A stretch of DNA of 64,000 nucleotides from a virus. The notes below the pieces were generated by a model. The model searched no databases, was not told where the DNA came from, and worked only from the letters and a program-made list of their open reading frames with translations. The position numbers and the translations under genes were made by a program. The stretch lies in the IMG/VR virus record IMGVR_UViG_3300027754_005987, positions 45,205-109,204 of that record; one strand, written 5' to 3'. This document shows, piece by piece, positions 17,978-27,960 of this stretch (position 1 is its first letter; every line of letters starts with the position of its first letter).

Positions 17978-18465
17978 AGCATTTTATTCCACCAAGGTAG
18001 TTCATTAAATTCTTTTAATGTTTCATCAAGATAAGAAATATCTAACACCCATTTATAATGTGAACGCTTAAAATAAAGACTAAAAACATCAGTTAGATAA
18101 TCTTGAACTTCTTTTTCATTCATCCCATTAACTTTAATTAATTGTTTAATTACAATATCAATTTCACCTTTTATTTTTGCAAGGCCTGGATGTTTTACTT
18201 TATGACAATATGGACATAATGAAATTAAACCAGTTAATTTTTGTCTATAATTTTTATCATCATATTCCCATATTTCATGGCATTCAACATCGTGGTTAAA
18301 CCCTTGATTTTTACCAGTATCACCACATATTTCACATTTATTGCCAGCAGATTCATAAGATTTATTTCTTAAATAATCCCATTCTTTTTCTGACACATTG
18401 CTTCTAACGTTATTATACCAGCTAGTACTAGGAACTATCTCTGATGTTAATTTATATTGTGACAT
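17974..18465 (-). CDS. HNH/zinc-binding endonuclease family protein
   Basis: KCEICG...ECHEIWEY...LCPYCHKVKH. Confidence 0.7.
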   Translation of the reverse strand: MSQYKLTSEIVPSTSWYNNVRSNVSEKEWDYLRNKSYESAGNKCEICGDTGKNQGFNHDVECHEIWEYDDKNYRQKLTGLISLCPYCHKVKHPGLAKIKGEIDIVIKQLIKVNGMNEKEVQDYLTDVFSLYFKRSHYKWVLDISYLDETLKEFNELPWWNKML

Positions 18466-18467
18466 AA

Positions 18468-18644
18468 TTAATATCCGTTATTATGCGAATCGTCAAAATT
18501 TAAGTTTTCTTTAAAATTTTCCATTATCTTAGGTAACCCATTAAAATAAGCTCTAATTTTTTTACCTAATTCGTTATCATTTGGGGTTTCCAATACTATT
18601 TTTTTAATATCTAATAGAGTGGCTTCTAATAATTCTTGATACAT
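18468..18644 (-). CDS. Small hypothetical protein (58 aa, absent from the ORF track)
   Basis: Manual translation MYQELLEATLLDIKKIVLETPNDNELGKKIRAYFNG...NNGY*; promoter directly upstream. Confidence 0.6.
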   Translation of the reverse strand: MYQELLEATLLDIKKIVLETPNDNELGKKIRAYFNGLPKIMENFKENLNFDDSHNNGY

Positions 18645-18661
18645 AACAATAAGTTTTTTTA

Positions 18662-18691
18662 CAAATATACATAAAAAAACCTAAGATTCAA
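18662..18691 (-). promoter_or_regulatory. Bacteroidota-type promoter TTG-N19-TATATTTG
   Basis: caaatata at 18662-18669 and caa at 18689-18691 on the + strand. Confidence 0.6.
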
Positions 18692-18701
18692 GTCTTAGGT
18701 T
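18673..18701 (-). terminator. Intrinsic terminator overlapping the promoter
   Basis: AACCTAAGA-ttcaag-TCTTAGGTT with a T tract on the minus strand. Confidence 0.7.
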
Positions 18702-18709
18702 ATATTTTT

Positions 18710-19048
18710 TTATTGAAATTCTGGTCCTTGTTCACAAATTGTTGATTGTATTTGCGTCCAATAAGTATCGGCTTCATCTGGCATACTATCACCAGACATA
18801 TAACCTGTTTTTACTTGACCGTCAATTTTAATTTGTTCTTGTTTAAGATTTTCCAAAGGCGCATGTATTTTTTGCATAATTCTAGTTCTAGTTGCTTCAT
18901 CAATACCTTTCATAGCTTCCTCAACATAATGCAATGCTTCCGAATAAGAATTAATAGTCATTTTGTTACAAATAGTTTGAGTAGCTTTATTCATATTCTG
19001 ACCATCAATCATTTGTTCTCTAAGTTTTTCCCTAATAAAGTTTTTCAT
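18710..19048 (-). CDS. Small protein with a capsid-targeting-like N-terminus
   Basis: Starts MKNFIREKLRE, similar to the 17429 protein. Confidence 0.55.
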   Translation of the reverse strand: MKNFIREKLREQMIDGQNMNKATQTICNKMTINSYSEALHYVEEAMKGIDEATRTRIMQKIHAPLENLKQEQIKIDGQVKTGYMSGDSMPDEADTYWTQIQSTICEQGPEFQ

Positions 19049-19049
19049 A

Positions 19050-20456
19050 CTATTGTCCCTTTCTTAATTCGACTTGATTTACTATTTCAAACGATATTAT
19101 ATTTTTTAATGTTGTAACTTCTAAATTAGAAGTTGCTAATATGTCTAAGTAATATTTATTAGGTATAAGACTTTCAGTATCTATTAGGAAATAATAATAA
19201 TTATTAGCCATTTCAACTGGTTGAAAATCAATAACAGTTAATTCAGCTGAACCTTCAGACACATAAAGTCTATATTTAAGGTCATCAATTGCTTGAGTTT
19301 GTTCAACAGTATATGGAATTCTAGCAGACACAATTACTTTTTTAATGTCACCACGTTTAATTTTTTCATTATTTTGTATTCCAGATACCGTTACAGCAAC
19401 TTTTTTAGGTAAAGAATCATTATTACCAATGTTATAATAATCCATAGAATTTTTCATTACAATATCAAGCTCTATATTTGGCCTAGAAACACCGTTTATA
19501 CTTATTCCACTCCATACATCAGTATACATCGTACAATCGTTTAGAGCTGTCGTAGGGACTATTATATCGATAGAATAAACACCTTTGGTTACATGGTTAA
19601 CATCTGATTGAGTATATGCTGAAAATAAGTTACCACTTTGGTCATATACTTTAACACTAGGTTTTGAATCTAAGTTGGTTGGGTTACCACCTAAATTAAC
19701 ATAAAGATATAATTTGTTATTTTTATCTAAATAAAAATTATTTCTATCGTCTTTTATATGGTTGTCATATATTGTTTCAACAAATGGTTCATAGAATGTT
19801 TGTGTGTTGTTGGTAAAAAAACCAACATATTGTAAACAATTTGTATTCATTAATTCATATGCCCTATCATATGCAATTCCTAATCCATAATTAGTGTTAC
19901 CAGTTAACAAACCATTAACATAATCAGTAATATCCATTTCTATATTTTCATTACCTTTATCAAAATGTTGTACAGATACAGTTATACCACTAGGGCTACC
20001 TGAATAAACACCAGTACCGTTTAACCAATTAAAACCAGTTTTAGGGTATGTCCAAGTTGATGGTGCATTTGAGAATGCACACTCACCGTTTATTAACCCA
20101 CATATTTCAAAATCATAACCAACACCATTATCCCAATCTTGATTTATTTTAAATGCTATTAGGTCAAATGAAGATGTTCTTTTTTTAGTGTTCATCATTC
20201 CATTTAATAACCCTTTATCAAATAAACCTGTATTTGTTAATCTAAGAGTGTGTTTTAGTTTTGTTAAATCGGTTATCGTACCACCAGTATATAATGATTT
20301 AAGTCTTGTTTCATCAAAATGAAATAAGAATCTACTATATTGTTGTTGATTCACTGGGCCACCGTAAAACAATTCAGTTACTGGGTTTAAACCAGTATTA
20401 ACATCTAAATTACTTACTATTGTGTTGTTTTTATCGAAGTAGGTCCTAAATACCAT
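19050..20456 (-). CDS. Virion structural protein (beta-rich)
   Basis: 468 aa, beta-strand-like composition, SG/TG motifs; GATATTTATA motif upstream at 20493-20502. Confidence 0.55.
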   Translation of the reverse strand: MVFRTYFDKNNTIVSNLDVNTGLNPVTELFYGGPVNQQQYSRFLFHFDETRLKSLYTGGTITDLTKLKHTLRLTNTGLFDKGLLNGMMNTKKRTSSFDLIAFKINQDWDNGVGYDFEICGLINGECAFSNAPSTWTYPKTGFNWLNGTGVYSGSPSGITVSVQHFDKGNENIEMDITDYVNGLLTGNTNYGLGIAYDRAYELMNTNCLQYVGFFTNNTQTFYEPFVETIYDNHIKDDRNNFYLDKNNKLYLYVNLGGNPTNLDSKPSVKVYDQSGNLFSAYTQSDVNHVTKGVYSIDIIVPTTALNDCTMYTDVWSGISINGVSRPNIELDIVMKNSMDYYNIGNNDSLPKKVAVTVSGIQNNEKIKRGDIKKVIVSARIPYTVEQTQAIDDLKYRLYVSEGSAELTVIDFQPVEMANNYYYFLIDTESLIPNKYYLDILATSNLEVTTLKNIISFEIVNQVELRKGQ

Positions 20457-20558
20457 ATTTATTAATTATTTTAAACTTATTATTCATATACATATAAATA
20501 TCTTTAATTTTATAATTAAATACTTTATTGTATTTATAAAAAGATAAAATAACCGATA

Positions 20559-21581
20559 TTAGTTTATCCTTATATTTTTACTTAACATTGATTTTTCTAA
20601 ATCATCAGCTCTTTTTTTAAATGCTGCAATTGCTTGAATATTTCCAGATGCTGTTAAGTCTGTTGCTGGGTTTCCATTACCATTATGCACATGTGATAAT
20701 AGTGCATTTTTCATAAGCCTAAGATACTCTAGTAAAACATCTCCAAATGGTAATTGATGGGCAGTGTTTAATATTGTTTCTAATTCAGAATCACTAATTA
20801 AAGTGTTTTTTTCTGTAATGTTAAATGTTGGACTACCATCTTTGTGCGTTAATAAATTAATTTTATTTGCAACAATATTTGTAACACTACCAAATTCATT
20901 GGCTGCGCCTAACTTAACATCGTTTTTTATTTGTATATATGCTTGCGTTTTAGTATTATATCTAAATGGATATGGGTTTTGTTGTGATGGTGTTGACTCT
21001 ACAAATTTACCAGCCCTTATAACTATTTCATTATGTTTTTGTGTTATATCGGTGTTGTATCGTCCTTGTATGCTAACATCTTGTAAGTCAGGAAATATAC
21101 CAATAGTTTCCTTTATTGTTCTTACATCTTTACTTGGGTTTTTATTTGAAATACTTAAACCACCTAATGGTGAAAATTTGTATGGTTCTAATGATAGGTT
21201 TTGTTCTTGTGATATTATTGGTCCAAAATATAATCTATCAATGAATGGTTTATCTATATCAAATGAGAAAACAAATACAGCTTCACCAACTTTAGGTTGT
21301 GCTGAAATTAATTTTGACATCATAGGTATAGCCCATGGAAGAACGCTACTATCTATCTTTCCATTAGCATCTATAAGTCCAGTGGTATCGTCATCACCAC
21401 CACGCGATGCTGGACCATATATTCTTACTTTTATCCTACCCATTGGGTCTGGCAAACCTGTTTTGGTATCAATAACTGAAACGACTTCACCAACAGAAAA
21501 AATCTGGTTATATTTTATATCATTATAAAAACCAGTTCTATTAGTTGTTAATTTATTAGTACCTTCATTAATAAAATACAT
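20559..21581 (-). CDS. Baseplate hub/spike protein (gp5/VgrG OB-fold-like)
   Basis: DPMGRIKVRI...LPWAIP...PKVGEAVFVF OB-fold signature; C-terminal HVH motif. Confidence 0.7.
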   Translation of the reverse strand: MYFINEGTNKLTTNRTGFYNDIKYNQIFSVGEVVSVIDTKTGLPDPMGRIKVRIYGPASRGGDDDTTGLIDANGKIDSSVLPWAIPMMSKLISAQPKVGEAVFVFSFDIDKPFIDRLYFGPIISQEQNLSLEPYKFSPLGGLSISNKNPSKDVRTIKETIGIFPDLQDVSIQGRYNTDITQKHNEIVIRAGKFVESTPSQQNPYPFRYNTKTQAYIQIKNDVKLGAANEFGSVTNIVANKINLLTHKDGSPTFNITEKNTLISDSELETILNTAHQLPFGDVLLEYLRLMKNALLSHVHNGNGNPATDLTASGNIQAIAAFKKRADDLEKSMLSKNIRIN

Positions 21582-21582
21582 C

Positions 21583-21801
21583 TTACTCCCCTTTTAACCT
21601 TTTAAGTATTATTTTATTTGCTTTATCAAATTTTTTCTCCAATTCAACCATTTTATCATAATCTTTAATCATTCTTAATTTTATGGCTTCATGGTCAGCT
21701 TCATATTGTTTAATTTGAAACAGTATTTCATTGGTTGTCAAATCTTCTAGTTTTTCTACTAAAGGTTCTGTTGTATTAATTTTGTTTTCTAAATTTTCCA
21801 T
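21583..21801 (-). CDS. Small coiled-coil hypothetical protein
   Basis: 72-aa ORF in the operon. Confidence 0.55.
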   Translation of the reverse strand: MENLENKINTTEPLVEKLEDLTTNEILFQIKQYEADHEAIKLRMIKDYDKMVELEKKFDKANKIILKRLKGE

Positions 21802-21805
21802 ATGT

Positions 21806-22225
21806 TTATCTAATTATTCCATTACCTACACCCATAATTGTTGTAGAACCAAATGATATTACTGGACCTGAAGGACTAGCACCAACAGTTGTAACAGAAA
21901 CCCCAGGAGGTATAACTACATTAACAACTGATTCAGTAAGTAATGCGTTTATTATTTCTTCTACTCTAATTAATTCCATTTCTTCTTCCACATTTGGACC
22001 GTCAGCGAATACATCACCTACTTGTCTTCCAGATTCAGATTGTCTTGATATTATCCTAGCAGCTATTGTTCTTGCTGATAGGCCTGGCCTTAAATAAGAA
22101 CCCACCATTACTAATGGTGGTGGTAAAGGTAATACAGGTGTTTCTGGAACACTAAAAGCCGCTAGTATTGTATTAAGGACACCACTTATGGTTCCTAAAT
22201 CAAATGTTTTGTTATTATCTGCCAT
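21806..22225 (-). CDS. Hypothetical protein, possibly baseplate-associated
   Basis: 139-aa ORF coupled to the upstream gene and next to the gp5-like gene. Confidence 0.55.
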   Translation of the reverse strand: MADNNKTFDLGTISGVLNTILAAFSVPETPVLPLPPPLVMVGSYLRPGLSARTIAARIISRQSESGRQVGDVFADGPNVEEEMELIRVEEIINALLTESVVNVVIPPGVSVTTVGASPSGPVISFGSTTIMGVGNGIIR

Positions 22226-23736
22226 TATGTTAATCCTTTAAGTGCTCTAAGCCCGTCTTGAGGAACTCCTGCTAGACTTGCTATTTGAGATTTTCTATTA
22301 TTAGCTTTTTCTATTAATTTTTTAGCAGCTATTTTAGCGGTTAATTGACCAACATATACTAAAACTACTTTCATTAATTCTTTAACTACTCTTTCAGTTA
22401 TTTTTTTAATTATTAATTTTATTAAATTTCTACATAGTTTTATATAGTCAACTGAATCAGCATAATCAGATGCTTGACCGTAAACTATTTTTTGGTTTAT
22501 TGATGTTATAGTTACAATTTTAGGTGATATAACTGCTGACGCTGAAGACTTAATCAACGAGTTTATCATTTGTTGAATGAAATCTAATTTTAAAGATATA
22601 TTATCAGATGGGTTTTCAGAATTAACCGTATTTTGTTCAGCCATTTTATTTATGTTATTTATAATGACTTCTTTCTTGTTTAGAATACCTGCATCATTCA
22701 TTTCATTATTAAAATCAGTTAAAAAAGAAATTGGCATTGAGACAGCTACTTTTTGACAACAATCTAATTTAGTAATACCTTTTTTTCTTAATAGTGCTTG
22801 TTCTTGTTGTCTATACACATCATCATTTGTAAAAGTAAAATAACTATCATCTATCGATTCTTTATTATTTGAATCTATTAGCCTATCAATAATATCATTT
22901 AGTTTAGCCTCCATTTGTAATTGTTTAAGGCTTTTTTTAGCAGTTGACGATATTGTACCATATATTGTATCTATTGCGTTATTAACTACTTTATTAGTGT
23001 CAATAATTGGTCCCTTATTAATAAATGAATTGTTTAGTTCTATTAATTTTTTTGAAGAAAAACTAGGGTTAGCTTTTATTGTAATTGTGTTATTTGGTCT
23101 AGTGGCGTTACCTAAAGAGTTAAAAGTTATGTCTAACATATTATCCCATGTATATTGAACACCATCATCCTGAATAACACCATATAAAAATGTATTAAAA
23201 TCGCTACTATTTGTTAACGGATTTGTTATATCATTATAGATAAGTTTTCCAGCTTCATCATTTGGACTTATTTTAAATATATCTAAAAAATCTATTTTAG
23301 ATACTTCTAAAACAACCCCAGGATTATTTAAAAAGCTTGGTATTGTAGGGTTCACACCACAACTAACAATGCTTTTAAGCTCTTCTTTTAAAGAATTTTT
23401 AATTAATTCTTCAATTTCATCCATGTTCTTATACAAAAAACTAACAACGACTTCTATTAAAGCACTATAACCAATCAATGATTTTATCATATCACTTAAA
23501 AAACTAAGTGAATTACCGTCATTGTTTATTGATGACATGGATGACGTATTTTTTTGTTTAGTCAACCCATCAACAAATGCTTTAGCAGCTGCTATTTTCC
23601 CAAAAATCTTCTTCTTTTTAGCAACAGTACCAGATTTGAATTTATTGAACTTACCACTTATTTTAGCAGTTTTATCATTTATTTTGCTATTTTGCTTATC
23701 AGCATTAGCATTTATGTTTTCTGCATTTATAGGCAT
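22225..23736 (-). CDS. Hypothetical protein (helical), possibly structural
   Basis: 503-aa ORF. Confidence 0.6.
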   Translation of the reverse strand: MPINAENINANADKQNSKINDKTAKISGKFNKFKSGTVAKKKKIFGKIAAAKAFVDGLTKQKNTSSMSSINNDGNSLSFLSDMIKSLIGYSALIEVVVSFLYKNMDEIEELIKNSLKEELKSIVSCGVNPTIPSFLNNPGVVLEVSKIDFLDIFKISPNDEAGKLIYNDITNPLTNSSDFNTFLYGVIQDDGVQYTWDNMLDITFNSLGNATRPNNTITIKANPSFSSKKLIELNNSFINKGPIIDTNKVVNNAIDTIYGTISSTAKKSLKQLQMEAKLNDIIDRLIDSNNKESIDDSYFTFTNDDVYRQQEQALLRKKGITKLDCCQKVAVSMPISFLTDFNNEMNDAGILNKKEVIINNINKMAEQNTVNSENPSDNISLKLDFIQQMINSLIKSSASAVISPKIVTITSINQKIVYGQASDYADSVDYIKLCRNLIKLIIKKITERVVKELMKVVLVYVGQLTAKIAAKKLIEKANNRKSQIASLAGVPQDGLRALKGLT

Positions 23737-23738
23737 GT

Positions 23739-24125
23739 TTATTCAGATTCGTTTTCCTCGTTATTTTTTTCTTTTTTAAGCATCTCTCTAATTGATTTAA
23801 AATCACTTAAGGATGCAGAACCACTACTTCTTTCTGATACTGCCGAATCAACATCTCCACGATTCTTAATTATGTCGCTTTGAAGTTTAGCAATTTCTAG
23901 TTTTATTCTAATACTAGAATCTTTTATTTTCAAAAGATTGCCTTTTTCTTTAGCTATTTTAGTAAGGTCATCAACGTCTGTTGGTGTTGCACTTGCTGCT
24001 AATTCATTTATTGTTTTTTGGGCATCATTTATTTGTAAACAAGCATCGTTATAGGTTTCTTGCATTAAGTTTTCTAAACTACTATTGTCGTTTACTTTTA
24101 CATCTGTTTTCTTTTTACGTGGCAT
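23739..24125 (-). CDS. Hypothetical coiled-coil protein
   Basis: 128 aa; GTATTTATA motif upstream at 24162-24170. Confidence 0.55.
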   Translation of the reverse strand: MPRKKKTDVKVNDNSSLENLMQETYNDACLQINDAQKTINELAASATPTDVDDLTKIAKEKGNLLKIKDSSIRIKLEIAKLQSDIIKNRGDVDSAVSERSSGSASLSDFKSIREMLKKEKNNEENESE

Positions 24126-24198
24126 TTTCGTTTGGTTTTAATAATTATAATAGTTATTTACTATAAATACCTAGTTTTAGCGTTTTATTCGATTATAT

Positions 24199-24927
24199 CT
24201 ACAAACCGTGATGTTTTAATACCTCATATAACTCTTTGTATCTCTTCATAGCTATTCTAATATCCTTTGTAGATAGATTAGTATAATTACGCATTGTTTC
24301 TAATACTGAATTTTTATTATATTTAGAACCACCATTCATAGTATCAAATATCACTTCCCAATTTTCTAATATTTCAATTAAAGCATACCCAACTTTTTTT
24401 TCATTATCGTTTAACCTTTTCTTTGGTGGTAATGTTTCATCATTTAATTCGACAATAATTGTATTGTGTAAATTTTTAATGAACTCATCAACAGAAGAAG
24501 TGTCATCATCAATAACATAAGATAATTCAAGATTATCTTCAATTTCGCTGGAAACATCTTGATATGAAGATGTTTGTTTTATGTATTTTTCGTCTTTAAT
24601 TAGTAGCCCTAATATATAATTTTTGGCTATAGTGCCAAAATAAGAATAAGCTTTTTTACCTCTACCAGTTTCGAATTTATGTACTTTTGTCATTAGGAAG
24701 GAAATGGTGTCCCCATGAAGTTCATCAAAGGTTTCACCTTTCCTATATAATTTATATCTCCTAATGATAGATTCAATCATTTTATCCAATGGTGCTTTTA
24801 ACCATTCATTGAATACTAAGTTTCTTTCTATCTCATCTGTTGATTCTAAAAATTTGATAACGGCTTCTTCTTCTTCTGGACCAAAGTACATGTCGTTTGT
24901 CCTTTTTCGCCCTCTTTTCGTAACCAT
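24199..24927 (-). CDS. Phage RNA polymerase sigma factor (T4 gp55-like late sigma)
   Basis: Sigma region-2-like segment ...ISFLMTKVHKFETGRGKKAYSYFGTIAKNYIL, comparable to the gp55-family F..K..NPFAYFTQI motif. Confidence 0.65.
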   Translation of the reverse strand: MVTKRGRKRTNDMYFGPEEEEAVIKFLESTDEIERNLVFNEWLKAPLDKMIESIIRRYKLYRKGETFDELHGDTISFLMTKVHKFETGRGKKAYSYFGTIAKNYILGLLIKDEKYIKQTSSYQDVSSEIEDNLELSYVIDDDTSSVDEFIKNLHNTIIVELNDETLPPKKRLNDNEKKVGYALIEILENWEVIFDTMNGGSKYNKNSVLETMRNYTNLSTKDIRIAMKRYKELYEVLKHHGL

Positions 24928-25734
24928 TTATGCATTTTGTGAATCATACGTTATGTTTCTGTCTTTAGAAAAATAGTATTCTTTTTTAGCTTGAGCTAAC
25001 CACCATTTTGCTTCAGCTGGGTCTAATGATTCTTTATATTCTGAGAACAAAGAACCATTTCTTTGGTTAAGATGTTTATAACCAAATCTAGGGATAACAA
25101 AAACCTTAGCATCTTTGAATGTCATTCTTAATAAGAATTCATAAATGAATGTCAATTTGATACTAGATTTGAAACCACCAAATTCATTATACGTTGATTT
25201 ACGTATAACCATACCATCAGTATTAAAGTTTTGATAAGTTAATAAAGCATTATTATCTAACACACCTAATTCATCTGAAAAACTATTAGCCCAAACAGCT
25301 TCGTTAGTAAATCCAATAAAATTATTAGTTGAATCCACATCAATAATGATTGGCATGAAGATATCAACATTTGTATGCGCAGCTTTATATTCAACTACAT
25401 TTTTAAACCAAATTTTAGCATATTCATCATCAAATTCTAAAATAGAAAACCATTCTGATTTTGAAACATCAACACCATAATTAACTTGTGATGCGAAATC
25501 AGTATTGCCTTCATTTTCAGCAATAACAACTGAATCTTTATAATCACCATAATCATAACTTTTTACATATGTTGCCACATCACTATTTTTAGGCACAACG
25601 ATAACTAATTCATCTGGTCTAACAATTTGTTCAGTAACGCTCAATATTGCGTTTTCTAATAATTTTTTTGTTGTTTCGTCCAATGAATGCACTGGAAGTA
25701 TAACACTAATATTGTTTTTTTCTACTTTGCTCAT
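24928..25734 (-). CDS. Glycosyltransferase family 2
   Basis: ISVILPVH...SVTEQIVRPDELVIV...NYGV...SILEFDD. Confidence 0.85.
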   Translation of the reverse strand: MSKVEKNNISVILPVHSLDETTKKLLENAILSVTEQIVRPDELVIVVPKNSDVATYVKSYDYGDYKDSVVIAENEGNTDFASQVNYGVDVSKSEWFSILEFDDEYAKIWFKNVVEYKAAHTNVDIFMPIIIDVDSTNNFIGFTNEAVWANSFSDELGVLDNNALLTYQNFNTDGMVIRKSTYNEFGGFKSSIKLTFIYEFLLRMTFKDAKVFVIPRFGYKHLNQRNGSLFSEYKESLDPAEAKWWLAQAKKEYYFSKDRNITYDSQNA

Positions 25735-25765
25735 AATTTTTATGTGTTTTTTATTTTTTATTTAA

Positions 25766-26911
25766 TTAAGCGTTAGTTGATTCTACAACATTAGCTGATA
25801 AATTAGTTATTATGTTGTTTATTTCATTTTTTCTATTCTCAAAAAGACCATGATATACATTTTTAAGCGTTTCTTTTTGTTTTTCTGGAGTATAACCACC
25901 TTTACTTTCGGTCATTGAATTTTTTAAATCAGCAGGTACTGAATCTTCCAACCAAACTTTCATGTATGTTGCGATAAGTTCTGGAATATTGATAGTTGTG
26001 TTTGTCCAAACACCATTATTTTTAATAACTGTATTTCCTTTTTCATCTTTAGTTTCCATCCATTCTGGTACCATGTTAGGTATTTTACCAATAACAGGTG
26101 TGTTACTTTCAATTGCTTCTAATGGGAATGTTCCAAAACCAGATTGGTCATCAACCCAGATAGCCAAACATGCTTTTCCTAATTCATTTGCAAAATTTTC
26201 TCTAGATAAACCTCTTAATTCTTTAAAGGTAACCCATTTGTAAATTGGATACTGTAAATAAAATGATTTAGCTATTTTAGCAGCCTCACCTTGATTTCTT
26301 GTGTGTATTGCAACCAATGGAATTTTTGGTTTTTCTGAATCTTTAAAATAAGTTGGGATAGATACTGGTACAACATGTGTATTAATTGATGGGAACAATG
26401 TTGATAGGTATTGGGCCTGTTTAACGCTAGTAGTGATTACATCATTAAATCCGTAATCAGTGTTCCATCTTTTACCAATAGGTAATAACTCTAATAAATA
26501 ATCATAACTTTGTGATAAAACAATTTTTTTACATGGGAAAGCTTTCACTTGGTCCATAATGTTAGAGAATATTTCAGGGATTATGATAAAATCAGCTGGT
26601 GAAATATTTAAATTTTGTGATTCAATAGATGCATGTGGCAATTTAGCATATTCATCACCTAACCAATCACCAACACCGTTTCCGTTTTCATCGCCTATTA
26701 ACTTATAATCATTTTTTTCATGCAAAATGGTAGCTTTATAACCTAACTCATTAAGTAATTTAACATGTTCATAAATATTAGCAATCCCAGCAGTTGGGTT
26801 TCCTTTTGTATCAAGCGTAAAAAAATATAGATTAAAATCTTTATTCGCTAATTTATCAAAAACAATTTTAGCTTGTGTCAATTGTTCTTCAATTTGTTTT
26901 GTTTGTTCCAT
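25766..26911 (-). CDS. Glycosyltransferase (GT-B/GT4-like)
   Basis: AGIANIYEHVKLLNELGY; FGTFPLEAIESNTPVIG. Confidence 0.75.
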   Translation of the reverse strand: MEQTKQIEEQLTQAKIVFDKLANKDFNLYFFTLDTKGNPTAGIANIYEHVKLLNELGYKATILHEKNDYKLIGDENGNGVGDWLGDEYAKLPHASIESQNLNISPADFIIIPEIFSNIMDQVKAFPCKKIVLSQSYDYLLELLPIGKRWNTDYGFNDVITTSVKQAQYLSTLFPSINTHVVPVSIPTYFKDSEKPKIPLVAIHTRNQGEAAKIAKSFYLQYPIYKWVTFKELRGLSRENFANELGKACLAIWVDDQSGFGTFPLEAIESNTPVIGKIPNMVPEWMETKDEKGNTVIKNNGVWTNTTINIPELIATYMKVWLEDSVPADLKNSMTESKGGYTPEKQKETLKNVYHGLFENRKNEINNIITNLSANVVESTNA

Positions 26912-26935
26912 TTGTTTTGTTTTTTTTAGGTATTA

Positions 26936-27298
26936 TTATTTTTCATCCATTTCTTTTAATATCCCATAATTTAATAAGGTATTAAAAGCTAATTTATACG
27001 CCAATGGCGTTCTTTCTAAGGCCCTATCAGCGCCTAAAGTATCATCACTTTCTTCATTGTAATCAATCAACACTTCAAAACACATTCTTAGTAAATCGTA
27101 TTTTGTTGCATCAACTTCTCTACCTCTTTCAACATTAGTTTCAGTAACTTCTATATTTAGTATTTTACCTTCACTATCTAAATGTTTTGTAGTTGTAGTT
27201 TCAACAATTCTGTCACTGCTAACAGGTTCTTTTATTTTTATAGCATTTTCTAATGCGTCAATATCAAAAAAGTATATTGCTCCTCCGAATTCTATCAT
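26936..27298 (-). CDS. Hypothetical protein
   Basis: 120-aa ORF in the operon. Confidence 0.6.
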   Translation of the reverse strand: MIEFGGAIYFFDIDALENAIKIKEPVSSDRIVETTTTKHLDSEGKILNIEVTETNVERGREVDATKYDLLRMCFEVLIDYNEESDDTLGADRALERTPLAYKLAFNTLLNYGILKEMDEK

Positions 27299-27302
27299 AT
27301 AA

Positions 27303-27908
27303 TTAAATTTCTTCGTAAGTTGTTATTTTAGTATTAAGTATTTTATCTCTAAGTTCTTCATTTTTAATAAAATCTAATAATGAATCAATTTCGTAATCAG
27401 CAGGTGTGTTTGTATTGTATGATGACTTAACCTTTACACTAATTTTACCAGAAGGTTTTGCCTCTAGCGCCATTGGATTTGCTGTAATTAGAATATCTAA
27501 TCCATCCCATTTATCGGAATAGTTTTTAACAAATCTAACATTAGGTATTTTACACCCAATTTTAGATAAAAAGAAATATGTTGATGGTATTGCTTTATCG
27601 ACTTCTCTCGATACAAGCTCTAGTTGATGTTCACCAAAGTCTTCGGTGTCCATGATGAAATTATTTAAATGGTTACTTAAACCATCTGACATTTGGTCTG
27701 CATGACCAAAAATTTCAAGGGGTGCTTCTACGTAAAGAAACGTATTAAGTTTGTTTACATTATCAAACTTAAAAAAATCGAGTAAATTAAAGTTAGTAAC
27801 ATCACCTTCTTTTATATCAGTATCTCCGATATACTTTTCATATGTGTATGTAAACTGACCAACAAAATCTCGTAATACTTCGTTAATACTTATTCCAATT
27901 TTAGCCAT
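27303..27908 (-). CDS. HAD-fold 5'(3')-nucleotidase-like protein with a degenerate active site
   Basis: KIGISINEVLRDF in place of IGIDxDxVL; SYN motif near the C-terminus; start moved to ATG 27908. Confidence 0.55.
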   Translation of the reverse strand: MAKIGISINEVLRDFVGQFTYTYEKYIGDTDIKEGDVTNFNLLDFFKFDNVNKLNTFLYVEAPLEIFGHADQMSDGLSNHLNNFIMDTEDFGEHQLELVSREVDKAIPSTYFFLSKIGCKIPNVRFVKNYSDKWDGLDILITANPMALEAKPSGKISVKVKSSYNTNTPADYEIDSLLDFIKNEELRDKILNTKITTYEEI

Positions 27909-27960
27909 TTTTAATTTATTATAAACCAATTTAATGATTTATAACAAATAAGTAAAGCAA

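Noticed and set aside
20764-21528. 254-aa + strand ORF
   Set aside because: Antisense shadow of the gp5-like gene, with a GTG start and no recognisable motifs
23739-24125. Terminase small subunit
   Set aside because: Size and helical character fit, but there is no diagnostic motif; left as hypothetical
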